Source: Nitrospinota bacterium (lineage in GTDB: Bacteria; UBA8248). From it: a stretch of 13,648 nt of DNA. Location: positions 1 through 13,648 of the forward strand of contig JAYGFR010000177.1 of assembly GCA_046581755.1 (NCBI GenBank), given 5' to 3'. The position numbers and the translations under genes are program-made. Of this stretch, positions 1 to 8,933 are shown piece by piece; positions within the stretch are counted from its first letter, which is position 1, and each line of letters begins with the position of its first letter. The notes beneath the pieces were generated by a model. That model was given only the letters and a program-made list of their open reading frames with translations. It had not been told where the DNA came from and made no database searches.

Positions 1-84
1 GAACGCGTGCGTACAGGTCCACTTTGTACATTCCCCCCGCCTTCCGTCTGGTCCGTCAGAGCGGACACCACAGAAGAGCATGAA

Positions 85-183
85 GGTGGGACACTTTTAC
101 ACCGCCACCGCCGGTGTTCATGGCCGCCAAGGGGGGACATCTTTACACCGCCCCGCTGGTACCCTTTTAGGCTGCCCTTTACA
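85..183. mobile_element. Terminal region (probably right end) of an IS21-family insertion sequence; the body lies left of the window
   Basis: Three related 22-bp direct repeats (GGTGGGACACTTTTACACCGCC 85-106, GGGGGGACATCTTTACACCGCC 131-152, GCTGGTACCCTTTTAGGCTGCC 155-176) end in ...CTTTACA at 183. A TGT/ACA terminus with multiple subterminal repeats is the IS21-family pattern. No transposase is in the window. Confidence 0.7.
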
Positions 184-245
184 CTTGGTAGCACCGAGGT
201 TGGAGCCCTGAAATGAATCTCTCGTGCTTACCCCCTCCTTACCCG

Positions 246-282
246 AAAAAAATAACGGGAACGGCATTACCCGTAACCCGTT
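246..282 (-). terminator. Probable intrinsic terminator downstream of tRNA-Pro(GGG)
   Basis: Minus strand AACGGG-TT-ACGG-GTAATG-CCGT-T-CCCGTT followed by ATTTTTTT, starting 8 nt after the tRNA CCA. Confidence 0.55.
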
Positions 283-290
283 GATTTTAA

Positions 291-367
<77 letters not shown>

Positions 368-424
368 ACCGGTTTATTCAAAGTTTCAGAGCAACAGGTT
401 GTTTAAGCGAGGAAGGCGCATTCG

Positions 425-1105
425 TCAAGGCCGCATGACCGTCGCCGAAACAGGAGAGATCCCGCCCTTCAGCATTCGGCCAGGGAGTGCATTGGGCTGC
501 TGGGAGGGGGAGCGTCCTCGATGCTTCCCGCTAACCGATGAAATTCGGTGGATTCCAGTTCGAGATATCGTGGTCCGGGTCATGGCCCGCAGGAGAATTG
601 ACTCGCTCCCAATAAAAAACCGCATACTTCCGCGCTTCAATTGGACCGTCGTGGTTCCGCCGGTTGCTTCTAATGAAAAGATCGAGTTTTGCCCGTGAAG
701 GCGGCCCTCATCAGTTCTGACGTCAACTATGACTTTGCAGGCGGCGTTTCGAACGCTCATTACACCTTTGAGGAGGTAAGCGCGATAGGAGTGGCGCGAA
801 ATTATTCCGCCAAATTCAAGGATACTCTTTGGCTCCAGAATAAACTGGCAGTTTTTATTTTCCGAGATTTGGATGAGAACCCTATCCCTTGAGCCGGTTC
901 GAATTCTCTCGTTCGAGTTCAACACCATTCGGCCCTTCATCTGAAGAGGAACACCCTCGATGGACACCACCACCGGATTTCCCATGAGGGGGCGGACCAT
1001 GGACGATTTGAAATCTGCGGAAAAAGCGGGCATTGCGATTGAGAGGAGAAAAACAAAAATATACAACCGGAAGAGAGAATTTTTATGCAAGGGAGGCCTT
1101 TCCAT
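425..1105 (-). CDS. Exported FecR-domain-like protein (226 aa)
   Basis: Hydrophobic N-terminal signal ending in AFSA. The segment LNSNERIRTGSRDRVLIQ...ILEPKSIL resembles the FecR-domain L..GD.I.TG..S.A.I...L.P.S.L pattern and is followed by beta-rich segments. Confidence 0.6.
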   Translation of the reverse strand: MERPPLHKNSLFRLYIFVFLLSIAMPAFSADFKSSMVRPLMGNPVVVSIEGVPLQMKGRMVLNSNERIRTGSRDRVLIQISENKNCQFILEPKSILEFGGIISRHSYRAYLLKGVMSVRNAACKVIVDVRTDEGRLHGQNSIFSLEATGGTTTVQLKRGSMRFFIGSESILLRAMTRTTISRTGIHRISSVSGKHRGRSPSQQPNALPGRMLKGGISPVSATVMRP

Positions 1106-1228
1106 TTTACCCTTGGTCGGCGGCCGGGATGAATCTCATGGCGCCCCGGCGGGCGTCCCACCACATAAATGTTTATAAGAACATTCGGCTAATTTCGCAA
1201 GTGCCGCCGAGGAAGTCTATTTGCCTAA

Positions 1229-1708
1229 TCATCCCCGCATCAGCCTCCGGGCCGTGATCACGCCGGTCCGCATTCCGGCCCATTGGAGGCTGCCTTTGTA
1301 GCGTCCATGCTCAATCTTCATACACCTGTCCATCACTACCGAAAGACCTGCATTTTGGGCCCGAAGGGCCTCTTTGCGGTTCACGACGCCAAATTGGAGC
1401 CATACCGCTTTCGCGCCCACGGATATTGCCTCATCGACAATGCCTCCCACATCATCTGGCCGGCGAAACACATCCACCACCTCAGGCGGTTCGGGAATGG
1501 CGCTCAAATTCGGATAACAAGGAATCCCGAGGACCTCCTCGTATCGGGGATTCACGGGAATCAAGTCGAACCCCATCCGCTTGAGGTAGTAGCCAACGAA
1601 ATAGCTGGGCCGGGCCTCGTTTGCGGAAATTCCCACCACGGCAATTCGGCGCATTTGAGTGAGGATTTGCCGGATCGTTTGGGGGTCCTGAAAGGAAATA
1701 TTTGTCAA
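1229..1708 (-). CDS. CoA-binding protein, YccU-like (159 aa, TTG start)
   Basis: Motifs IAVVGIS..EARPS, IPVNP, VVDVFR, KAVWLQFG and VVMDRCMK. An in-frame TTG at 1708 has AGGAG 9 nt upstream and avoids overlap with metY. Confidence 0.92.
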   Translation of the reverse strand: MTNISFQDPQTIRQILTQMRRIAVVGISANEARPSYFVGYYLKRMGFDLIPVNPRYEEVLGIPCYPNLSAIPEPPEVVDVFRRPDDVGGIVDEAISVGAKAVWLQFGVVNRKEALRAQNAGLSVVMDRCMKIEHGRYKGSLQWAGMRTGVITARRLMRG

Positions 1709-1742
1709 AGAACGAGTCTCCTGTGGTAGGCCTGCCTGCCAG

Positions 1743-3071
1743 TCAGGCGTTGGCCGCTGCAATCGCCTGATCCAGATCCCAAAGGATATCATCGATATGC
1801 TCGATACCCACCGATATCCGGATCAAATCTTGTGAAATTTTACCCGCTTTCATATCCTCCTCGCTCAATTGTCGATGTGTTGTGGAGGCGGGGTGGATGA
1901 TCAGGCTTTTCGCATCTCCCACATTGGCCAAATGGCTGTGAATCTCCAATTTTTCGATAAATTTGACAGCGGCCTCGAACCCGCCCTCAATCCCGAACGA
2001 GAACACGGAACCATATCCAGGGGAGAGATATTTTCGGGCCAGTCCATGGTAGGGGCTGTCCGGCAGTCCCGGATGGTTGGTGAATGTCACCCTCGGGTCT
2101 TGGGCGAGAAATTCCGCCACTTTTTGAGCGTTTTCGCAGTGCCGCTCCATCCGAAGATGGAGAGTTTCCAAGCCCTGAAGAAATAGGAACGCATTGAACG
2201 GGCTCGGACACGGTCCCATGTCCCGCATTCCCTCGGTGCGGGCCTTGGTGATGTACCCCAGTTCCCCGAAAGTTTCATGGAAATTCACGCCATGATACCC
2301 CTTGGATGGGTTGACCATGGAGGCGAACTTACCGTTTGCCCAGTCAAATCGGCCGGAATCGACGATGACGCCGCCTATGCTGGTTCCGTGCCCCCCGATG
2401 AATTTGGTGGATGAGTGGACCACAATGTCCGCGCCCCAGTCCAAGGGACGGCAAAGGTAGGGGGAGGCAAAGGTATTGTCCACGATGAGCGGTACGCCCA
2501 CCTCGTGTGCGATTTGGGCGATGATCTCAATATCCGCCACGTTTGATAGCGGGTTTCCGATGGTTTCGCAGTAAAATGCCCGGGTATTATCGTTTGCCGC
2601 CCGCCGAAACGCCTCCGGGTCGTCGGGATCGACGAAGCGGGTGGTCCAGCCGAATTTTCGGAAGCTGACATCGAATTGGGTGTAGGTTCCGCCGTACAGG
2701 GTGGCCGCCGAAACAATCTCATCGCCCGCCTCGAGGAGGGTGAAAAAGGCGAGAAACTGCGCCGCCTGGCCCGAACTGGTGGCCAGCGCGCCCACCCCGT
2801 TTTCCAGGGTGGCCATCCGCTCCTCGAATACGGCCACCGTGGGGTTTCCGATCCGGGAATAGATGTAGCCGTAATCCTGGAGGGCGAATAACCCCGCGGC
2901 ATGCTGGGTGTCCTCGAAAACAAAGGAGGTGGTTTGGTGGATCGGAACAGCCCGGGAGCCGGTGAGGGCGTCCGGGCGCTGGCCGGCGTGGAGGGCGAGG
3001 GTTTCGAACCGAAAATCATGCGCCGTCCCATCCCCGGTGGTGAAGGTGGTGAAGCGATTCTCTTGGGTCAT
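1743..3071 (-). CDS. metY: O-acetylhomoserine aminocarboxypropyltransferase / sulfhydrylase, Cys/Met metabolism PLP-dependent (442 aa)
   Basis: FETLALHAGQ, YSRIGNPT, PLP-lysine motif HSSTKFIGGHG, HLANVGDAKSLIIHPASTTH and IRISVGIE. Start placed at MTQENR (ATG 3071, preceded by CAGGGA). Confidence 0.93.
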   Translation of the reverse strand: MTQENRFTTFTTGDGTAHDFRFETLALHAGQRPDALTGSRAVPIHQTTSFVFEDTQHAAGLFALQDYGYIYSRIGNPTVAVFEERMATLENGVGALATSSGQAAQFLAFFTLLEAGDEIVSAATLYGGTYTQFDVSFRKFGWTTRFVDPDDPEAFRRAANDNTRAFYCETIGNPLSNVADIEIIAQIAHEVGVPLIVDNTFASPYLCRPLDWGADIVVHSSTKFIGGHGTSIGGVIVDSGRFDWANGKFASMVNPSKGYHGVNFHETFGELGYITKARTEGMRDMGPCPSPFNAFLFLQGLETLHLRMERHCENAQKVAEFLAQDPRVTFTNHPGLPDSPYHGLARKYLSPGYGSVFSFGIEGGFEAAVKFIEKLEIHSHLANVGDAKSLIIHPASTTHRQLSEEDMKAGKISQDLIRISVGIEHIDDILWDLDQAIAAANA

Positions 3072-3116
3072 GGAATTTCCCTGTCTGGTGGATGGCCGGA
3101 AATAGCTTGTTTCCAT

Positions 3117-3141
3117 ATATTTGACCGATTTTGGCGGAATA
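3117..3141. promoter_or_regulatory. Candidate Rrf2-family (IscR/CymR-like) operator upstream of metY
   Basis: ATATTTGACCGATTTTGGCGGAATA matches 17 of 25 positions of the IscR type-1 consensus ATASYYGACTRWWWYAGTCRRSTAT, about 45 bp upstream of the metY start. Confidence 0.45.
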
Positions 3142-3323
3142 GCAAGAATCGCTCCCCGGGGCGGGGGGTTCAGGAAGGCCGAGTTTTCTGGTTCCCAGAG
3201 AGTAGGTAGGGCGAATATTTCGAAACAAAGTAAATCCAATTTATTGTTAATACATTGCATCTATTTGATATTACATTATTTATCATGTTCGTTACATTTT
3301 TGCACTTTTTTTTCCTTTTCCTC

Positions 3324-3350
3324 TCACGAATGTGGGGAAAGCGCCGATAA
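3324..3350 (+). promoter_or_regulatory. Sigma28 (FliA-type) promoter
   Basis: TCACG-N14-GCCGATAA: perfect -10 element, and a -35 one mismatch from TCAAG at the right spacing. Confidence 0.65.
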
Positions 3351-3437
3351 GTGATAAGACGAGCGTAGGTGTATTCTCCTCTTAGGGAAACTGACATGTC
3401 CCTTTGAGGGGTATCTCCTCAGGGAGGAGGAATTGCC

Positions 3438-3632
3438 ATGGCCGATCCAAGTTTGCTTATCGCCGTTTCCAAGGGTATCCGGCCTGCGGAGATTGTCGGT
3501 GCGGTCGCGCATGCCCGCTCGAAGCAGAACCAGCTGGTCGCGACCAACCAAATCGCGGACCGAAAAACGTTCGTCACCCTGGCCGCGGCCCATGCGCTCC
3601 AAAGTCCGAGTGTCGTCAACATTTTCGCCTGA
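3438..3632 (+). CDS. Small hypothetical protein (64 aa), possibly sigma28-dependent and YjfB-like
   Basis: Strong SD GGAGGAGG 7 nt before ATG, upstream sigma28 promoter, located in an otherwise empty 0.8 kb gap. Ala/Gln-rich helical sequence ending in VVNIFA. Confidence 0.65.
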   Translation: MADPSLLIAVSKGIRPAEIVGAVAHARSKQNQLVATNQIADRKTFVTLAAAHALQSPSVVNIFA

Positions 3633-3807
3633 TCCCCGGCGCCTCCTTTGCGCCCGCCCAAGTCCAAACGTTTCATGGGCATATTATTTTCACGCCGCAA
3701 ATTCCCTTTCCCGTTTCGCGCCTCCAGCCCTTCTGATTCAGCATTTTTATCTCGTGCGATATCCCCGTCCCGCGGGGGGGGGCGCCCACAAACTTTCCAA
3801 GGCGCCA

Positions 3808-3836
3808 TTGACGCTCCCGGCGGAGGCTTCTATATT
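3808..3836 (+). promoter_or_regulatory. Sigma70 promoter for surE-pcm-tRNA
   Basis: TTGACG-N17-TATATT ending 42 nt before the surE ATG. Confidence 0.65.
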
Positions 3837-3878
3837 CCCTACTTACGCCCCTATCGATAGGTTTTTGCCCATAAATCC

Positions 3879-4634
3879 ATGGTCCGAATATTCCTTTCCA
3901 ACGATGACGGAATAGCCTCAGAGGGCCTGCGCGCCCTCTACGATGCCGTCTCCGGCCTGGGCGAAACCATCGTTGTCGCTCCCGATCGGGAGCAAAGCGT
4001 GGCCAGCCATTCCCTGACCCTCCACCGCCCCTTGCGGATACAATCCGCCGGGAATGATTGGTTCGCCGTGGACGGCACCCCGGCCGATTGCATCAATCTG
4101 GCCCTGAATGGCATGTTCAAGGACCGGCGGCCGAACATCGTCCTCTCGGGAATCAACAAAGGGGGCAACCTGGGCGACGACGTCACCTATTCCGGCACCG
4201 TCGCGGCGGCCATGGAGGCCACCCTCCTCGGCGTCCCCTCGGCCGCCATTTCCCTGGTGCATGAGAACGGTGAGCCCTTGAATTTCGAACTGGCGGCCAG
4301 TTTTGCGCCGAAAATTTTGCGCGAGATCCTCGATCGCGGCCTGGGGGAGGGCGTTCTCCTCAATGTCAACGTGCCCAACATTCCCGTGAAAGACTGCCGG
4401 GGCGTCCGTGTCACCCGCCAGGGAAGGCGTGTCTACGGGAATGGCATCGTCGAAAAAGTTGACCCCCGGGGCCGCGAATACTATTGGATCGGCGGAAGCG
4501 GCCTGAACTGGGTCCGAGAGCCCGGAACCGATTTCGAGGCCGTGACCGAAAATGCCATCTCGGTGACCCCGCTCCGCTTGGACATGACGGATTTCGATTT
4601 CATGGGTGACATCGAAAAATGGACGTTCGAATGA
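3879..4634 (+). CDS. surE: 5'/3'-nucleotidase SurE (251 aa)
   Basis: SNDDG, VVAPDREQS, GTPADC, SGINKGGNLG..VTYSGTVAAAMEA, LNVNVP and ISVTPL motifs. Confidence 0.97.
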   Translation: MVRIFLSNDDGIASEGLRALYDAVSGLGETIVVAPDREQSVASHSLTLHRPLRIQSAGNDWFAVDGTPADCINLALNGMFKDRRPNIVLSGINKGGNLGDDVTYSGTVAAAMEATLLGVPSAAISLVHENGEPLNFELAASFAPKILREILDRGLGEGVLLNVNVPNIPVKDCRGVRVTRQGRRVYGNGIVEKVDPRGREYYWIGGSGLNWVREPGTDFEAVTENAISVTPLRLDMTDFDFMGDIEKWTFE

Positions 4635-5320
4635 ACCGCCAAACGCCCGGGCAGGGGAGGGCCGAGGACCGCTGGGTGCGCCCGCTCGAGGAGATGATTC
4701 AGAATCAAATTATTGCGCGGGGCGTGAAGGACAAGCGCGTGCTCGCCGCCATGCGGCGGGTGCCGCGCCATTTGTTCGTCCCCGACGTGTTCCACGACAA
4801 AGCCTACTCCGATCGCGCCCTTCCCATCGGAAGCGCCCAAACCATCTCCCAGCCCTACATGGTGGCGGTGAGCCTCCAGGCTCTCGGATTGCGCGGAGGG
4901 GAAAAAGTGCTTGAGATTGGAGCGGGAACAGGATACGTTACGGCCCTTCTGGCGGAACTGGCGGGAGCCGTCCGAGCCATCGAACGCATCTCCCGGCTGG
5001 CCGATGCTGCCCGCTCGCGCCTGGGAAAAATCGGCTGTACGAACTTTCTCCTCCGGGTGATGGATGGAAGCTTCGGATGGGCCGACGAGGGGCCGTTCGA
5101 CGCGATTCTGTCGGCGGCGTCCTCGCCCGAGCCCCCGGCTCCCTGGCTGGAGCAATTAAAGCCGGGCGGATGCCTGGTGATGCCCGTCGGCGGGGAAAAA
5201 GGGCAAACCCTGGCCCAGTACGTAAAAAGGCCGGACGGGCGTTTCGATAAGCCGGGAAAAATTGTCAAATGCAAGTTCGTCAAGCTCATCGGCCGCCACG
5301 GCTGGAGCGAGGACGGCTGA
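4631..5320 (+). CDS. pcm: Protein-L-isoaspartate O-methyltransferase (229 aa)
   Basis: VPRHLFV, QTISQPYMV, SAM motif VLEIGAGTGY, PFDAI and QLKPGG..VMPVG. ATGA overlap with the surE stop and conserved surE-pcm order. Confidence 0.96.
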   Translation: MNRQTPGQGRAEDRWVRPLEEMIQNQIIARGVKDKRVLAAMRRVPRHLFVPDVFHDKAYSDRALPIGSAQTISQPYMVAVSLQALGLRGGEKVLEIGAGTGYVTALLAELAGAVRAIERISRLADAARSRLGKIGCTNFLLRVMDGSFGWADEGPFDAILSAASSPEPPAPWLEQLKPGGCLVMPVGGEKGQTLAQYVKRPDGRFDKPGKIVKCKFVKLIGRHGWSEDG

Positions 5321-5330
5321 GATGCATTGA

Positions 5331-5409
<79 letters not shown>

Positions 5410-5919
5410 AAAATGAATCACTTGCCATGATTGCCTTGCATTTCAGAATGGGCGTGTAAGGTCAATGGAAGGTGAATGGGAAAAGAATGGGGCCAGCAGA
5501 GATGGTGGCCTCGCTTTTTGCAGCCGCCCTGAATAGATGGGTGCCGCCACTTCCACCCCCACTTTCCTCTTATCCCCCCTCACCACATCCAAGGCGGTGG
5601 CCGGAGCAGGGGAGGCCGATAATCCTCCATTCACTAACCACACACCCGCACCGGCCCATACTGTCCCCGTAAACGCGTTTTCAAATCCTGTGGGTGGTGA
5701 ACCAGTCATTCGCCACGCAAAAGGGGGAGGGAGAATTGCCTTTGGGAGCAAAACGGCGAAAAATCTGAATCCAGGCTGAAATTACCAGTCCCCCATTGAC
5801 ACCCTTCCGGGTCTTAATGTGCCGGGTTGAGATATATTGGCCATTTTCAGACCTATTTTCTAATTTCCAGTAGATATGATACCATCAGCCGTTCCGAAGT
5901 TCCTCGATGTTTGTACCCT

Positions 5920-6216
5920 TTAGTGTTTTCCATTTACTCGTTTTGTTTTTGCCGCCAAGTTTTGCGTTGGTCTCATTTTTTGCGGGGGTCTCATTATCTC
6001 CCGGATTTGCCGGATGTCGGATCCGGCCGCGAACGACTTGTCCCCCGCTCCGGTGATGATGATGACGCCGACCTCCTCATCGGAGGCGAAGGTCTCCATC
6101 GCTTCGATAATCTCGCTGTAGGTCTGGGGGTCGATGGCGTTCCGGACGTCCTCTCTGTTGATCGTGATGAGTCCGATGCCGTCCGATTTTTCTGTCAACA
6201 CGTTTTGATGGGCCAA
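5920..6216 (-). pseudogene. 3'-truncated enoyl-CoA hydratase/isomerase (crotonase family)
   Basis: TTG start with GGAGG 8 nt upstream. GLITINREDVRNAI...VIIITGAGDKSFAAGSDI is the crotonase N-terminus. Similarity ends near 5996 and the ORF stops at 98 aa, against roughly 260 aa typical, without the catalytic Glu region. Confidence 0.88.
5960..5995. repeat. Tandem 18-bp direct repeat at the truncation point, possibly an IS terminus
   Basis: TTTTGCGTTGGTCTCATT / TTTTGCGGGGGTCTCATT, 16 of 18 identical. Confidence 0.75.
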
Positions 6217-6527
6217 GGGGTTTTCCTCCGCGGCGGGATGGTGGATGAAGAATCCGCATTTCCCTCCTGGTTCCGGTTGGCGCGAAGATAACATGGAAGC
6301 CGGCGGGTTACCTGCATATCCGGCCGCATATCCGGGAGGTAATTTTGCTGGCTCGAAATAATGAAAATAACGAAAACACCCGCTCGTGGCTGCTTGGCAT
6401 GTCGCCAGGTGTATTTTTTGCGGAGCGTATCGATTGCCGGAAACATCGTGGTTTCTCATTTTGGAGCACTGAATCCTGCCGGAGGGGGGGGGGGATAAAT
6501 TCATCTCCTGGGGGAAGAATCCCCGCC

Positions 6528-6556
6528 TTGAAATAATATGTGAAATATTGTTTCAA
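6528..6556. promoter_or_regulatory. AT-rich palindrome, candidate transcription-factor operator
   Basis: TTGAAATAATAT-GTGAA-ATATTGTTTCAA, 12-bp arms with one mismatch, in the divergent crotonase/groES gap. Confidence 0.5.
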
Positions 6557-6587
6557 AATTCTTTAGACCGTATGCCGACCCCACTTG

Positions 6588-6614
6588 TTAGCACTCTCAT
6601 TCAGCTAGTGCTAG
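6588..6614. promoter_or_regulatory. CIRCE element (HrcA operator)
   Basis: TTAGCACTC-N9-TAGTGCTAG versus consensus TTAGCACTC-N9-GAGTGCTAA, just upstream of the groESL -35. Confidence 0.92.
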
Positions 6615-6620
6615 CAAGTG

Positions 6621-6649
6621 TTGACATTCCATGGCCCATTGTCTATAAG
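6621..6649 (+). promoter_or_regulatory. Sigma70 promoter of groESL
   Basis: TTGACA-N17-TATAAG. Confidence 0.8.
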
Positions 6650-6664
6650 AATCGGACTGGATAG

Positions 6665-6691
6665 CAGGAACTCCAACAATATGAGTGTTAA
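6665..6691. promoter_or_regulatory. Second, degenerate CIRCE
   Basis: CAGGAACTC-N9-GAGTGTTAA: right arm 8/9, left arm 5/9, correct 9-nt spacer. Confidence 0.55.
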
Positions 6692-6765
6692 AGACTCAAC
6701 TTTCTTACATTCCGGGGAAGTCCGGGCTTGCCGGGGCTTCCGACAAGAGAGGAGAACCAAGGAAA

Positions 6766-7077
6766 ATGGCGAAGGTAAAAGCGAAGACGAAGATTACGCC
6801 TCTTCAGGATCGCGTGCTGGTGCGCCGTTTGGACGAGGAGGAGGAAGCGTCCGAGGGAGGCATCATCCTTCCGGACTCCGCAAAGGAAAAGCCCCAGGAG
6901 GGTGAGGTGCTGGCGGTGGGCCCGGGCAAGGTGACCGACGATGGCACGCGCCAAACCCCCGATCTGAAAGAGGGCAACCGGATTCTCTTTGCCAAGTATG
7001 CGGGCACAGAGGTGAAGGTGGATGGCGAAGACCTGCTGATCATGCGCGAGGATGACGTACTGGCCGTCGTGAAATAG
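6766..7077 (+). CDS. groES: Co-chaperonin GroES (103 aa)
   Basis: [32 protein letters not shown] and [11 protein letters not shown] 6766 follows AGGAGAACCAAGGAAA. Confidence 0.98.
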   Translation: MAKVKAKTKITPLQDRVLVRRLDEEEEASEGGIILPDSAKEKPQEGEVLAVGPGKVTDDGTRQTPDLKEGNRILFAKYAGTEVKVDGEDLLIMREDDVLAVVK

Positions 7078-7099
7078 AGGCGGAAAGCCCAACTTTTAA

Positions 7100-8752
<1,653 letters not shown>

Positions 8753-8780
8753 CTCCCACAGCCGGGGTTGCAAATTTTCC

Positions 8781-8811
8781 AGGGGGGGCGCTTTTGGCGC
8801 CCCCCTTTTTT
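8781..8811 (+). terminator. Intrinsic terminator of groESL
   Basis: GGGGGGCGC-TTTTG-GCGCCCCCC followed by TTTTTT. Confidence 0.9.
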
Positions 8812-8933
8812 ATGCGGGAGAGTTGAGGCAAAGTAGGGGCTGTGTTTCGAGGCCGCTCCCGGAATCCTGCCAAGGGCGATGCGGGAGCGTGGCTTCGCCG
8901 CCGGCAGACGGGTTGCTTTATAAGGGACGGGCT

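Noticed and set aside
85..176. CRISPR array interpretation of the 22-bp repeats
   Set aside because: Repeats are degenerate, spacers are 24 and 2 bp, and there are no cas genes. An IS21 end fits better.
3072..3260. 63-aa N-terminal extension of metY in the ORF track
   Set aside because: Non-homologous AT-rich promoter DNA; a better start exists at 3071.
3072..3430. SAM riboswitch or T-box upstream of metY
   Set aside because: No SAM-I core (ATC.AGAG...GAGGGA..GGCCC) or T-box motif seen on the minus strand. An Rfam scan is needed to exclude rarer classes.
5615..5622. Second GCCGATAA (sigma28 -10)
   Set aside because: No TAAA/TCAAG-like -35 at the right spacing and no credible downstream gene.
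5443..5779. Short ORFs in the gap after tRNA-Pro(CGG)
   Set aside because: Low-complexity translations, overlapping on both strands, with no recognisable domain or clear SD.
6217..6504. N-terminal half of the 194-aa ORF 5920-6504
   Set aside because: Crotonase similarity begins only at TTG 6216, which has its own SD.
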